From assembly GCA_965207455.1 (NCBI GenBank), contig CBDBMJ010000003.1, positions 439,973 through 503,972 on the forward strand: a stretch of 64,000 nucleotides of DNA. Reading direction: 5' to 3'. Positions 12,201-22,285 of the stretch are shown here, piece by piece. This DNA is from Bdellovibrionota bacterium (GTDB lineage: Bacteria > Bdellovibrionota > UBA1018 > CAIPTA01 > JAALKR01). Each line of letters starts with the position of its first letter. Within the stretch, counting starts at the first letter, position 1. The notes beneath the pieces were generated by a model. It worked only from the letters and a program-made list of their open reading frames with translations, was not told where the DNA came from and did no database searches. Made by a program: the position numbers and the translations under genes.

Positions 12201-12470
12201 ATCTGGGGGTGGGGGAAAGCCCTCGTCGCGCCATATTTGGGAAGGCTGGGGTTCTAGTTCGGAAATATCCCATGACTCCTGAGACTCCCCCTGTCTGATC
12301 TCCTGAATAGTTAGGAGTTTGTTATTATAGATGAGGTCTGTAGCGGGTGGACGGAATACATGCTGTTTATCTTCAAGAGGGATATAGTCGGGTATTTGGG
12401 AAAGGGGAGACGCACCAGCACTGTATGCATAGAGAAGGCTAAGTAATAGACTGGTAATTATATTCTGCAC
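9252..12470 (-). CDS. Large secreted hypothetical protein (1072 aa), directly upstream of the S8 gene
   Basis: Long ORF with an N-terminal signal peptide; its stop abuts the S8 start. Confidence 0.75.
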   Translation of the reverse strand: MQNIITSLLLSLLYAYSAGASPLSQIPDYIPLEDKQHVFRPPATDLIYNNKLLTIQEIRQGESQESWDISELEPQPSQIWRDEGFPPPPDLDVRQTGETFAYLDTATPNPPDLHQLSVKQRQPDGSEKIFTVFLGKRVHNILLRAAILKKLGYSVPPIGYLKSFRLDFTDHRFQLTDYIGRKIPQDTVGDPKRWIKNIEQGVTKNVASGEDTFYWKAKDDATYLEMQDAIIIAKEPQYNLALGITPPRMDQGRRIFRSLKVPYALTDVPESVNIFSWNLGRIVDAHLHLPYLEASNLKPDLADIHWMARRVAALTRKDFEEIVQEAYFPKAVSAVLVEKLISRRNDLVKKLELQSSVKQEYIPFFPKISLGKDLKKGKLLKENWPGYASRFAFGDPDSPLSRSEVKAYFKSEFISNVLSSLVTEINESLPIADVLSKGQEAAYNKTLDTLVENFKTGQVKEVPFGTWSAFNYSANIIASRNIVVGQYLGTNNRIQLADSIGFALEAGVFIGSYGDLPKDTSFSAGANAFYSRVYTHLTPVQSIKKSLETPFKNLLVPMIQNKYSALFDELLDGDFSEIDIEEKQKKIKEVMSIFHENMENGESFIVSNRFGAYGRLNASLTPGELLRIYGEIRATETIISRFHIYKENKESIHIYDDFGNALRFSFGFGINLLDVSILQISFRNMVHGSASIDHYKLNIDPDMEKNEKIMDNIHALRSALFGGSLELLRTWQNPWKIRHKLSEKVNTFNLLHITSKRLKSQSVINVEKPDGKKGKIIRANMGGRVGKDPTTLVLNTATSLLNEWLKSDISLKIQNNSDPGNTFYGRSEAHQSILEAIIDEEQSGESILPYVRLEHRWRGWEIDKENILRRIKEINKQFGYTVFDPKKFNDVSAMQLYSFVVEVNLYEKAIHNIMNTSWLDTQRLFKAHKNCWNNIQYVCNPNPAGNMIAGKGRGIRPAESFRIMQRKYHHSILSGDFEAASNYAIRAIDFLSGHMRLDGLAVFAGGMENLYVQSVITGFREGEEYNTRKHTILGNSRGRVSSKMVRGPTDFLLGISEMSYGEFFALWLLDFL

Positions 12471-12590
12471 TTTATCCTATTGCTCGTGAAGTTTATGACA
12501 GTATTGTCGCCTCGCATCCTTTTAGCAAAGGTTTTATGTTTTTGCAAGGCGTTTATTGCGATGCATTGAACGGCCTATTGTTGACTGTTT

Positions 12591-14285
12591 TTATTTATTT
12601 TTTAAAGCACGTAAGCCCTGCCAAGAAAAAACATCCTGGTAAGAAATAGCCTCTTCTGCACTTTTACCAAACATGGTGTGGTTCACTTGCTCTATGGCAT
12701 CCATATGCTCGGTTAGGGGAGTATGGAGAGCTAGCATTGTTCTCCTCCGAAAAAAATCCTCTAAAGACAAGGCCATCTCTTCTTTAACAGCAAATGCAGC
12801 TTCACCTAAAATGTCGGCCTGAGATGGGATAATTTTTTTTGTCCATTCCTCATTTTGCATACTCAGATCCGCAACGGTTCTCCAGCGCAAACCATAACGA
12901 GCTTGCAGGTGCATCACCACGTCCTCTCCCAAAGCTTGCGTATACTTTTCCAGCACGTCCATACGAAAACTTTCTTTGTGAGCCTCCACAATGGGGCGCT
13001 TGTGGGTTATGGATCGGGAAAGGTTCCCATAAGAGGAGTATTGCCTGTTGAGGTGTTCCACCACCTTATTCACCATCTGCTTTGCCATAACCCGGTAAGT
13101 GGTATACTTTCCACCGACGATGGAAAACAAACCTCCATTACTTTTTAAAATTTTATGCTCTCTGGATATGTTGTAGGAAATAGCATCTTTAGAACCCTCA
13201 GCCAATGGTCGTAGGCCCGCAAAGGCAGAGAGTATATCCGTATGACCCACGTTCGATTGGGGAAACGCCTTTTGCACTCTACTTAAGAGGTAGTCAATAT
13301 CATTTCCTGTGGGAGAAATATTATTTATATCACCATCCACACGAGGGTCGTACTCCGTATCTGTGGTGCCCACCAATGTTTTTCCATACCAAGGGATGGC
13401 AAAAAATATACGGTTATTTTCTTTTTCAGTGAGAACACAAGCGCGTCTGTTTCCTAAGGCCTGGTTGTCAAAAATTAAATGCACCCCCTTTGATGGCTTT
13501 AGCACAGAGGCAGTGTTCACGTTATCCAATCGACGGACATAATCGGACCAAGGGCCAGTGGCATTGATCACTGCCTTTCCTCGAATGAGAATGTCCTTTC
13601 CCGAACCTAAATTTTCTTTCTTTAACCGACGTACAATCGGGGAAACGTCCCGGACCCAAACGCCAAGTATTTCTCCATTGCTATTCTTTTCAAAACCACG
13701 GACTATCATGTAATTGACAGCCACAGCACCATAATGAATAGCAGATTTAATATTCTCTAATACAATACGAGAATCATCCATCACCGTATCGGTATACATA
13801 ACGCCACCTCGAATATTTTCCTGCTCTAGTGCTGGCTCCTTCTCCTGCATCTTGTCCCGACCATAAATTTTTAAACGATTCATATTGGATAAGGAAAGGG
13901 CGCTATACAGACAAGCACCCGCCGAGACAGTCGCTAACGAGTGAGGACTCCAATTATAAATTGGTATCATGAAGGGAATGGACTGTGTTAAGTGAGGACT
14001 TAAAAAATTACAATGCATTTTTCGCTCCCGATTAGCTTCAAGCACTAAACCCAATTGCATTCTTTCCAAATATCGAATTCCTCCATGAAGCATTTTTGAA
14101 CTACGGGAACTGGTGCCTGAGCTAAAGTCGCCCTTCTCCACCAGAGCAACGGAAAGTCCTCGCATGGAAGCATCCCTTGCAATGCCCGCTCCCGTGATTC
14201 CTCCACCAATCACAACCACATCGAAAGATTCTTTTTCTAAAGAAAAAATATTGCCACTTCGAGATGGGCGACCCTTCTCATACAT
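12591..14285 (-). CDS. glpD: FAD-dependent glycerol-3-phosphate dehydrogenase
   Basis: DVVVIGGGITGAG, GTSSRSSKMLHGGIRYL, AGLRPL and GGKYTTYR motifs. Confidence 0.92.
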   Translation of the reverse strand: MYEKGRPSRSGNIFSLEKESFDVVVIGGGITGAGIARDASMRGLSVALVEKGDFSSGTSSRSSKMLHGGIRYLERMQLGLVLEANRERKMHCNFLSPHLTQSIPFMIPIYNWSPHSLATVSAGACLYSALSLSNMNRLKIYGRDKMQEKEPALEQENIRGGVMYTDTVMDDSRIVLENIKSAIHYGAVAVNYMIVRGFEKNSNGEILGVWVRDVSPIVRRLKKENLGSGKDILIRGKAVINATGPWSDYVRRLDNVNTASVLKPSKGVHLIFDNQALGNRRACVLTEKENNRIFFAIPWYGKTLVGTTDTEYDPRVDGDINNISPTGNDIDYLLSRVQKAFPQSNVGHTDILSAFAGLRPLAEGSKDAISYNISREHKILKSNGGLFSIVGGKYTTYRVMAKQMVNKVVEHLNRQYSSYGNLSRSITHKRPIVEAHKESFRMDVLEKYTQALGEDVVMHLQARYGLRWRTVADLSMQNEEWTKKIIPSQADILGEAAFAVKEEMALSLEDFFRRRTMLALHTPLTEHMDAIEQVNHTMFGKSAEEAISYQDVFSWQGLRALKNK

Positions 14286-15294
14286 ACAGTTGTAACTCGA
14301 CAAGAAGATTGGGCATCATAAGCTTAATATTTACATTGGCGTTGAGGCGATGCAGAGCCTGTTCTAAGAAAACATTTTTTTTGCTAATCCCAGGCTCTTT
14401 TTCCATGGATTGTATTTTTTGAACGATACTCAACAAATCTTTTTCCTTATGGGGATAGTACAAAGGAAGACTAATCGAGGGTGGGCTTGAATTTGGGGGT
14501 GGGCTTGAATTTTTTTTGCTAGCATAAATAATATTTAAATCCCTCAATAAACCCATCCACGCTTGGATTACTACACGCACGTCTTGGGCATTTTTCAACT
14601 CATCTATAAATTGTATGGCAGAAACGGGAATTTCTGGAGCAGATTCCCAAGTTTTTAATAATATATTCACACTGTACTCCACCATCTCTCGGAGCTCAGA
14701 ATTTTCTAAGTAATCGGTAGCACGACCCAAAGAACCTTCTGCCCAACAAGCGGCTGTCATATACAACTCATTCTCCTCATTGGATGTGGAGTAATTGTGT
14801 CGCAAAATTTGGATCAACTCTTTTCTGGGAATAAGAGGAAATCGAAAAATTTGACAGCGAGATACAATCGTCGGCAATAAAAGAGAAGCGTCAGCACATA
14901 AAAGTATAAACACGGCGTGGGGTGGTGGCTCTTCTAATTTTCTCAATAAAGCGTTGGAAGCGGAAGGATTCATCCGGTCCGCAGATTCCAGAATAAATAT
15001 ACAGTGCTTGCCCTCCAAGGGAGGATAGGCGAGGTCCCTTGCCATCTTGCGTACGGATTCCACCTTTAACACGTTCCCCTGGGGTGAAATTATCTTCACA
15101 TCTGGGTGCTGGCCGCGATCAGCCCGGTCCATTATTTTCTTTTGCTTCTCCTCTTCCTTGGAAAAAAGACTCGCAGCCAAGGAAAGTGCTGCCTTTCGCT
15201 TGCCCACACCATCGGGGCCAGAAAAAATATAAGCTTGATGAAGACGACCTTCCATGGTTTTTATAATAGAACTGTGGTCTAGGAAGTGTTTCAT
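14278..15294 (-). CDS. holB: DNA polymerase III delta' subunit
   Basis: AYIFSGPDGVGK, HPDV, ASNALLRKLEEPP, TIVSRCQ; follows tmk. Confidence 0.88.
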   Translation of the reverse strand: MKHFLDHSSIIKTMEGRLHQAYIFSGPDGVGKRKAALSLAASLFSKEEEKQKKIMDRADRGQHPDVKIISPQGNVLKVESVRKMARDLAYPPLEGKHCIFILESADRMNPSASNALLRKLEEPPPHAVFILLCADASLLLPTIVSRCQIFRFPLIPRKELIQILRHNYSTSNEENELYMTAACWAEGSLGRATDYLENSELREMVEYSVNILLKTWESAPEIPVSAIQFIDELKNAQDVRVVIQAWMGLLRDLNIIYASKKNSSPPPNSSPPSISLPLYYPHKEKDLLSIVQKIQSMEKEPGISKKNVFLEQALHRLNANVNIKLMMPNLLVELQLYV

Positions 15295-15295
15295 G

Positions 15296-15943
15296 TCACA
15301 ATAAAAACTTTCTTTTCCTAAGGACCACACAAATTTCTTCATGTATTTTCTCAGGGCTTTGATTGGCATCCAGTTTATGACAACGCAAAGGCTCCTCTTG
15401 GGCTAACTTTTGATAACCCTTGCGCACGTCTTGGTGAAACTGTAAACGCTCCTGTTCCATACGATCAAGGGAACGGGAAGCTAGTCGCTTGAGCCCTAGA
15501 AGAGGGTCTAGGTCGAAGATAAACGTAAGATCTGGCTTTAGGTTGTCGGTGGCAATGGTATTTAATCGATCCACAAGCTCTTCACCTAGGTTTCGTGCTA
15601 TTCCCTGGTAGACAAGGGAAGAGTCGGAAAAACGATCACACAACACGAGAGTTTTTGCCTGTAGGGCAGGTACAATAACGGCAGCCACATGTTGCGCTCT
15701 ACTGGCTTCATATAAAAATAATTCTGCTAGCGCTACCATTCCCTTCATCTCCACACTTAACAGTAAGGAGCGAATTTTATCCGCATGGGGACCACCACCA
15801 GGTTCTCGGGTAACCAGAACACTGCGCCCTTGGCTTTTGTACAACTCTTCAAGCTTGCAAATTTGAGTGGTTTTTCCTGCGCCCTCGCCCCCCTCAAAAC
15901 TAATAAAGGGTTCTGTTTTTTCTTTTTGCACTGTTTTTTGCAC
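15296..15943 (-). CDS. tmk: Thymidylate kinase
   Basis: FISFEGGEGAGKTT, TREPGG, LCDRFSDSSLVYQG. Start GTG 15943 inferred from a GAGG RBS. Confidence 0.92.
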   Translation of the reverse strand: MQKTVQKEKTEPFISFEGGEGAGKTTQICKLEELYKSQGRSVLVTREPGGGPHADKIRSLLLSVEMKGMVALAELFLYEASRAQHVAAVIVPALQAKTLVLCDRFSDSSLVYQGIARNLGEELVDRLNTIATDNLKPDLTFIFDLDPLLGLKRLASRSLDRMEQERLQFHQDVRKGYQKLAQEEPLRCHKLDANQSPEKIHEEICVVLRKRKFLL

Positions 15944-15983
15944 TGTCAAGGCCACCTCTAGGCATGGTATATATTGTATTCCC

Positions 15984-17030
15984 ATGGTTGTACCACAGAA
16001 AAAAGACTGCGACGTATACGATATCACTATCGTTGGTGCAGGCCCCACGGGCCTATTTGCCACCTTTTACGCTGGAATGCGAAAAATGAAAACCTGCATT
16101 ATCGACAGCCTTCCACAAGTAGGAGGACAACTAAATGCCCTATACCCAGAAAAATATATCTACGACATGCCCGGCTTCCCTGCCATACAATCCAAAAAAC
16201 TAGTGGAGGAACTATGGGAACAAGCGCAGCTTGCCAAGCCGACCCTCCACCTTAATCAAAATGTGGTGGACATCGAGTCCTATCCCAATAAAGAAAATCG
16301 AGAGTATTTTATCCTCCATACGAAAACACAGAAACAGGTTGCCTCCAAAACGGTACTCCTCGCACTGGGCATGGGAGCCTTTCATCCACGACCCCTCAAG
16401 GTCAGTGGCATGGAACCTTTTATGGGCAAGAACGTTCGCTATGCACCCAAGCCGCTGCATGAATATGCGGGAAAAAATGTGCTTATCGTGGGAGGAGGGG
16501 ATTCTGCTTTGGACTGGACCTTGGCCCTAGGTAAAAAAGAAAACAAAAAACCTTGCTCTGCCCTCACTCTTATTCACCGGGGAGGACGATTCTCTGCCCA
16601 TGAAGCTACCGTGGAGGCTGTTCACAACACCCCTGCCAACATATGGATGAACCACGAGTTAAAATCACTGGCCTCGGATAATACAAAACTAAAAGCCCAC
16701 CTTAAGCAGAACCTCACAGGGGAAACAAAAGATATTATAGTGGATGAAGTTCTCATTTGCGTGGGCTATATTGCCCGACTTTCACTGGCAAAAGATATGG
16801 AAATTACCATGAATAAAAATTCCATCCAGGTGGATGATCGCATGGAAACAAATATCCCAGGTATCTTTTCCGCAGGAGATGTGGTGAACCATCCATCCAA
16901 GTTAAAACTGATCGCCACAGGAGTAGGAGAAGCAGCGATTGCAGTTAATTTAGCAAAAACCCTAGTCGATCCCAAAGCACGAGCTTTCCCCGGGCATAGC
17001 ACTGATGTTTTAAAAAAAGAGAAATCATAG
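15984..17030 (+). CDS. Thioredoxin-reductase-like ferredoxin--NADP(+) reductase (YumC type)
   Basis: GAGPTGL, GGQLNALYPEKYIYD, GGGDSALD and a C-terminal FPGHS; no CxxC. Confidence 0.85.
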   Translation: MVVPQKKDCDVYDITIVGAGPTGLFATFYAGMRKMKTCIIDSLPQVGGQLNALYPEKYIYDMPGFPAIQSKKLVEELWEQAQLAKPTLHLNQNVVDIESYPNKENREYFILHTKTQKQVASKTVLLALGMGAFHPRPLKVSGMEPFMGKNVRYAPKPLHEYAGKNVLIVGGGDSALDWTLALGKKENKKPCSALTLIHRGGRFSAHEATVEAVHNTPANIWMNHELKSLASDNTKLKAHLKQNLTGETKDIIVDEVLICVGYIARLSLAKDMEITMNKNSIQVDDRMETNIPGIFSAGDVVNHPSKLKLIATGVGEAAIAVNLAKTLVDPKARAFPGHSTDVLKKEKS

Positions 17031-17211
17031 TGATTTTTTTCTTTTAATTACCTCACTCCAATCAGCTATAGAAACTCACGGGATCGACTGGAAACTCTTT
17101 CAACACTCTCTATTTTTTAGTCAGTTCAGAAGCCCCCTCCTGTGTGGGTTTTGCATATGCAGGTCCCGAGATTAATGTGTAAATAACTGAAAATACCTTT
17201 ATTGGTGTATT

Positions 17212-17228
17212 TTGGCACATCCCTTGCA
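17212..17228 (+). promoter_or_regulatory. Sigma54 -24/-12 promoter
   Basis: TTGGCACATCCCTTGCA fits TGGCAC-N5-TTGC with exact GG-N10-GC spacing. Confidence 0.7.
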
Positions 17229-17279
17229 TTAACAAATACATATGACAATTAAACTTAAAATTAGAAAGGAAATATACTA

Positions 17280-17378
17280 ATGACCCTAGCACTGGCACTT
17301 GCCATAACCCTATCAACAACTGAATACTCATACGCAGTTGATAATGCTTGTCCTGTGATTGTCGGCGATGCGGCTTAG
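17280..17378 (+). CDS. Putative 32-aa small peptide MTLALALAITLSTTEYSYAVDNACPVIVGDAA (not in ORF track)
   Basis: AGAAAGGA RBS, downstream of the sigma54 motif, hydrophobic signal-like N-terminus. Confidence 0.35.
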   Translation: MTLALALAITLSTTEYSYAVDNACPVIVGDAA

Positions 17379-17432
17379 CTTGCTCTAAATATTTATGGAC
17401 TTATTAATATCAAACTTTTTGTGTCCAAAGAT

Positions 17433-18425
17433 TTATTTCTGCGATCGTGGTTGATGAATTCCATGGAGTACGAGCTTTTGATGGAGGTGGGAGCGGTCTA
17501 CCTTTAAGTTGCGAGCCATGGAACTAATATTACCTAGAGATTTCTCATAGGCTTGTCGTAGGTACTTCTCCTCCATTTTGTTTTTTTCTTGGCGCATTTC
17601 TTTTATACTCGGAGTTTGGACTGCAAGGGAATCTAAGTGTAATGGATTAGAACATAGGGAGGATGGTGAGAGTAGTTTTTTATATACGGATTCTGGAATA
17701 TCTTCTAAGCAAATAGGATTCTCTCCCGGTGAAAATACACTCATGCTTTCCAGCATGTTTCTTAATTCCCTAACATTTCCCGGCCAGGAGTATTGTTTCA
17801 ATAGATATACTATATCTTCGCGAACTTGCCTGTGGGGCAGTATCGCTTTTATGAGTGCTTCCATGTCTCCCATCCTACTCCGAAGAGCAGGTACGTTTAT
17901 GGTAAACCCATTAATACGAAAGAACAGATCCATGGAAAAAATTCCTTGGTTTACTAAAGATTCAAGGGATACGTTGCTGGCGGAGAGAAGATGAAAATTT
18001 ACAGGAACGGTTCTTTTACTTCCCAGGGGACGCACCTCCTTTGTTTCCAGTGCGCGAAGAAATTGTTTTTGTATATGCATGGGAAGGCTGGCTAGCTCAT
18101 CTAAAAAAAGAGTTCCCCCTGAGGCCTGTTCCAACATACCGGGGAATCGCTGATCCGCTCCTGTAAATGCGCCTCGCTCATGACCAAAGAGAAAACTCTC
18201 AGTTAAATTGCTGGGAATACTGGCACAATTAATAGCAATGAAAGGAGCGTTTCCATTTCCTTGGGCATGGATATTCTGAGCCACGAGTTCTTTTCCAGAT
18301 CCCGTTTCTCCTTCAATCAGCACGGATAGCTTGCTACTACCCAGCCGTTGGATTTGCTTTTTTAACGCTATTATAGAAGGTGCGTTTCCAATAATAGTAT
18401 ATTTCTTTTGCTTTGTTATATTCAT
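17433..18425 (-). CDS. Sigma54-dependent activator (AAA+ and HTH) lacking an N-terminal sensor domain
   Basis: GETGSGKE, GAFTGA, LFLDE, WPGNVREL and a C-terminal Fis-type HTH. Confidence 0.88.
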   Translation of the reverse strand: MNITKQKKYTIIGNAPSIIALKKQIQRLGSSKLSVLIEGETGSGKELVAQNIHAQGNGNAPFIAINCASIPSNLTESFLFGHERGAFTGADQRFPGMLEQASGGTLFLDELASLPMHIQKQFLRALETKEVRPLGSKRTVPVNFHLLSASNVSLESLVNQGIFSMDLFFRINGFTINVPALRSRMGDMEALIKAILPHRQVREDIVYLLKQYSWPGNVRELRNMLESMSVFSPGENPICLEDIPESVYKKLLSPSSLCSNPLHLDSLAVQTPSIKEMRQEKNKMEEKYLRQAYEKSLGNISSMARNLKVDRSHLHQKLVLHGIHQPRSQK

Positions 18426-18578
18426 GTGTAATGGGACTATAACAAAAAACGCCATAATTTTCGACCCAATGCGAAAAATAAATTTTACAAAAGTTTTGTT
18501 TTTCGTTGTGTTGCGGGAAAGCCACAACAACGGAGAGAAAAAATAAATAGAAAGTATTAAATATTAAACACTTAGAGG

Positions 18579-18594
18579 TGGCATTCTTTTTGCA
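18579..18594 (+). promoter_or_regulatory. Sigma54 -24/-12 promoter upstream of the second activator
   Basis: TGGCATTCTTTTTGCA with GG-N10-GC spacing, ~26 nt before ATG 18620. Confidence 0.6.
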
Positions 18595-18619
18595 GTATGT
18601 AGAAAGGAAGGAAGAAAAT

Positions 18620-19588
18620 ATGTATAGCAGCGTATACAGCACATTGAAAAGCATTTCTCAAACCGATTGCACCATCTTGCTTTCTGGAGAAACGGGAACG
18701 GGCAAAACCCACCTAGCTGAAGAAATTCATCGAAATAGCCCTAGGAGAAATAAGCGTTTTGTTGCTATCAACTTAGCCACTCTCAATGAAAATCTAATGG
18801 AAAGTGAATTATTTGGACATGAGAGGGGAGCGTTCTCAGGTGCGTCCCACAGGCGTATGGGTAAGTTAGAGTTTGCCCAAGGAGGGACGGTTTTACTGGA
18901 CGAAATTGGTGAATTGCCTTTAACCATGCAGGCCCGTCTTTTAGAAATACTAAGTAGCAAGACCGCTTGTCCTGTTGGTTCCAATCATTCCATCAATTTG
19001 GATATTCGTTTTATCGTTGCGACGAATAGAAAATTACCTGAGATGGTGCGCTTAAAAGAGTTCCGTGAGGATTTATTCTATAGAATTAATATCTTTGAAT
19101 ACAAGCTGGTGTCACTAGTTGAAAAAAAGGAAGAAATTCCTGAACTTATGAAAAAATTTATTGGTGAAAGAACCACGGAACCCATCACGCTTATGGATTG
19201 CTTTTTATCTAAAATAAATGCACACTCATGGCCGGGAAATATTAGAGAATTGAAAAATGTTCTGGAGTATTCCCTAGCGGTACGGAAAGAAAACACATTA
19301 TTTGCTAGCGATCTTCCTGCCTATTTCATGGAAAGCACAGAACCCGATAGAAACTCTGTGAGTTTAGATACCTCATGCCTGCCCACAGACTTTTACACGG
19401 CAAAAGCTTCTTTTGAAAAGCTCTATATAAAAGCCATGCTCAAGCAGTTTAATGGGAAAATTAATCAGACTGCGCGGGAAATCCAATTATCAAAAGTAAC
19501 GCTTCTGTGTAAAATACGAAAATACGATATCAACCCGGAGTTCTACCGCGGGCATCAGGTTCCCCAGACTACCAGCAAAAGGGGGTAA
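18620..19588 (+). CDS. Sigma54-dependent activator (AAA+ and HTH) lacking a sensor domain
   Basis: [39 protein letters not shown]. Confidence 0.88.
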   Translation: MYSSVYSTLKSISQTDCTILLSGETGTGKTHLAEEIHRNSPRRNKRFVAINLATLNENLMESELFGHERGAFSGASHRRMGKLEFAQGGTVLLDEIGELPLTMQARLLEILSSKTACPVGSNHSINLDIRFIVATNRKLPEMVRLKEFREDLFYRINIFEYKLVSLVEKKEEIPELMKKFIGERTTEPITLMDCFLSKINAHSWPGNIRELKNVLEYSLAVRKENTLFASDLPAYFMESTEPDRNSVSLDTSCLPTDFYTAKASFEKLYIKAMLKQFNGKINQTAREIQLSKVTLLCKIRKYDINPEFYRGHQVPQTTSKRG

Positions 19589-19835
19589 AGGGGTTTTTTC
19601 ATTTTTTTTTAGGAAGCTGTAATTTAATTATTAAAAAAAATTAATTCTTTTGAGTTTTATCACTGAAAATTACCATGTAAACAAGGCTTAAAGCGTTTAA
19701 AAAGTGAAATAATATCCGGTTTTATCGGTCCAACTGTACAAGGTGTTGAAAACACTAGTATTGAAAAAACTAAAGGAAAGCACTCTTACAGCCGAAGGGA
19801 GATACAAGTGCAGAATAACTTTTGAGGATAATATA

Positions 19836-22271
19836 GTGTTAACAAATTACGAAGGTGAGCAAATAGAGATAGCAGATAACCTACCCATGCTTCCAGTACG
19901 AGACATTGTTGTGTTTCCTTTCATGATACTCCCACTATTCGTAGGTAGAGAGAGTTCCATAAAGGCGGTTGAAGAGGCATTGGCTTCCAAAGACAGGCTT
20001 ATATTTTTGTCTTCTCAGAAGGATACAAAAGATGAGTTTCCGCAGCCGGGGAATATCTATACTACAGGTACTGTGGCTATTATCATGCGTATGAGAAAAC
20101 TTCCAGATGGTAGAGTGAAGGTGCTTGCCCAAGGCATAACAAAGGCAAAAATTAAAGAGTTTAGCCAAACCGAACCGTTCTTGGAAGTATCCATTGAAAA
20201 GTCTGTAATTAAGGAAATTACTAGTGAGGAAATGGTAGAAGCCGAAGCAATTATGCGTAATGTGCGAGAGAATTTGGAGAAAATTATCTCCCTTGGCAAA
20301 ATGCTTTCACCCGACATTTTAATGGTTTTAGATGATATCAAAGATCCGGGGCGATTAGCTGATCTTGTTTCCTCCAACCTTGGACTAAAAATAGAAGAAG
20401 CTCAGGCGCTATTGGAAAAAGAAGATGCATTGGAACGAATTAGAAGCGTGAACGATATTTTAGTAAGAGAGATGGAAGTGCTTTCCATACAAGCTAAAAT
20501 TCGATGCCAGGCTAAAGATGAAATGAGTAAATCCCAGAAAGAGTATTTCTTAAGAGAGCAGATTCGGGCAATAAAAACAGAGCTAGGGGATGAAGAGGGT
20601 AAGCAAGGAGAGTTTGAAGAACTTCGTCAGAAAACCTTAGCATGTAAAATGAGTCAAGAGGCAGAGCAAGAGACATTAAAGCAACTTTCTCGCCTGGAGC
20701 GTATGCACCCTGATTCCTCGGAAGCCTCCATTATTAGAACCTATTTGGAATGGATGGTGGATTTACCTTGGAGTAAAAGCACAGAAGATAATTTAGATCT
20801 AAAGCACGCTAAAGAGATATTGGATGAAGATCATTTTGATTTAGAAAAAATTAAAGAGCGTTGTTTAGAGTACTTAGCTGTTCGAAAGCTTAATAAGAAC
20901 ATGAAGGGACCAATACTTTGTTTTGTGGGCCCACCGGGTGTAGGAAAAACCAGCTTAGGGAAATCTATTGCTCGTGCACTGGATAGAAAATTCTATCGAA
21001 TTTCTTTAGGTGGTGTAAAGGATGAAGCTGAAATTCGAGGCCATAGAAGAACCTATGTGGGAGCGTTGCCGGGAAAAATTATCCAAGGCTTGAAATTAAC
21101 AAAAGTAAATAATCCTGTTTTCATGTTGGATGAAGTGGATAAATTGGGCCGTGATTTCCATGGAGATCCATCGAGCGCTCTCCTTGAGGTGCTGGATCCC
21201 GAACAAAACGTATCATTTCGTGATCATTATCTTAATCTTCCTTTTGATCTTTCTAATATTATTTTTCTAGCAACGGCAAACGTTATGGAAACAATGTCTT
21301 CTGCTCTAAGAGATAGAATGGAAATAATTCATCTTTCGGGATATACGGAAGAAGATAAATTAAAAATTGCACACCAGTATTTAGTGCCAAAACAAATGAA
21401 AGAAAATGGCATAACAGACAAACATATAAAATTTAAAGACAGTGGCATTAGGAATCTCATTGAATCTCACACTAAGGAGGCGGGCTTACGAGAACTGGAA
21501 CGGGTTATTGGTAGTATGTGCCGTAAGGTGGCTCGATTGGTTGCGGACAATCTAGAGGGCAAATTAAGCGTAGTAACTCCAGAACTTATCAACAAGCAAC
21601 TGGGTCCTCCAATATATTCTAGGGAAGATCTCCAGGAAAGCGATTCCATTGGCATAGCCACGGGCCTTGCTTGGACACAGTTTGGTGGTGAAATTCTTTA
21701 TGTGGAGTCTTGCTTAAGTAAGGGCAAGAGTGGTATTACTCTCACAGGACAGATGGGAGATGTTATGAAAGAAAGCGCGCATGCTGCTCTTGGCTTTATT
21801 CGCAGCCATGCCAAGGAGTTGGGGATTGATCAAGAAGTATTCTCTGAAAATGAAATACATCTCCATATTCCAGCGGGCGCCATACCGAAAGATGGTCCTT
21901 CGGCAGGTATTTCCATGGCCACAGCCATGGTTTCTTCCATCAATGGAATACCTATTCGAAGAGATATAGCCATGACAGGAGAAATTACCTTAACCGGGAG
22001 AGTGCTCCCCATCGGAGGTTTGAAGGAAAAATCACTCGCAGCCATGCGTATGGGCATTCACAATATTATCATACCAGCAAGGAACGAAAGGGATCTGGAG
22101 GACATACCTGCCGAGTACCGGGACAAACTTAACTTTATCCCTGTGAGGCATATTTCAGATGTTTTCTCCCAAGCTTTTACAAAAGAATTTTCTCCTAAGA
22201 CAGGGAAAAGTTCAGCAAAAAGAAAAACAAAGCTGGACAAGAGAAGAAGGCCAGCTAAGGATGTTGCGTAA
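19836..22271 (+). CDS. lon: ATP-dependent Lon protease
   Basis: LON N-domain, [17 protein letters not shown] catalytic Ser, GGLKEK. Start GTG 19836 inferred from a GAGG RBS. Confidence 0.95.
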   Translation: MLTNYEGEQIEIADNLPMLPVRDIVVFPFMILPLFVGRESSIKAVEEALASKDRLIFLSSQKDTKDEFPQPGNIYTTGTVAIIMRMRKLPDGRVKVLAQGITKAKIKEFSQTEPFLEVSIEKSVIKEITSEEMVEAEAIMRNVRENLEKIISLGKMLSPDILMVLDDIKDPGRLADLVSSNLGLKIEEAQALLEKEDALERIRSVNDILVREMEVLSIQAKIRCQAKDEMSKSQKEYFLREQIRAIKTELGDEEGKQGEFEELRQKTLACKMSQEAEQETLKQLSRLERMHPDSSEASIIRTYLEWMVDLPWSKSTEDNLDLKHAKEILDEDHFDLEKIKERCLEYLAVRKLNKNMKGPILCFVGPPGVGKTSLGKSIARALDRKFYRISLGGVKDEAEIRGHRRTYVGALPGKIIQGLKLTKVNNPVFMLDEVDKLGRDFHGDPSSALLEVLDPEQNVSFRDHYLNLPFDLSNIIFLATANVMETMSSALRDRMEIIHLSGYTEEDKLKIAHQYLVPKQMKENGITDKHIKFKDSGIRNLIESHTKEAGLRELERVIGSMCRKVARLVADNLEGKLSVVTPELINKQLGPPIYSREDLQESDSIGIATGLAWTQFGGEILYVESCLSKGKSGITLTGQMGDVMKESAHAALGFIRSHAKELGIDQEVFSENEIHLHIPAGAIPKDGPSAGISMATAMVSSINGIPIRRDIAMTGEITLTGRVLPIGGLKEKSLAAMRMGIHNIIIPARNERDLEDIPAEYRDKLNFIPVRHISDVFSQAFTKEFSPKTGKSSAKRKTKLDKRRRPAKDVA

Positions 22272-22285
22272 GAAATAGGTAAAAA

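Noticed and set aside
14479..14515. Short tandem duplication in holB (NSSPPP NSSPPS)
   Set aside because: A small loop insertion with no evidence of wider significance.
15867..16063. Apparent overlap of tmk and the reductase ORF
   Set aside because: Caused by over-extended starts; plausible starts at 15943 and 15984 do not overlap.
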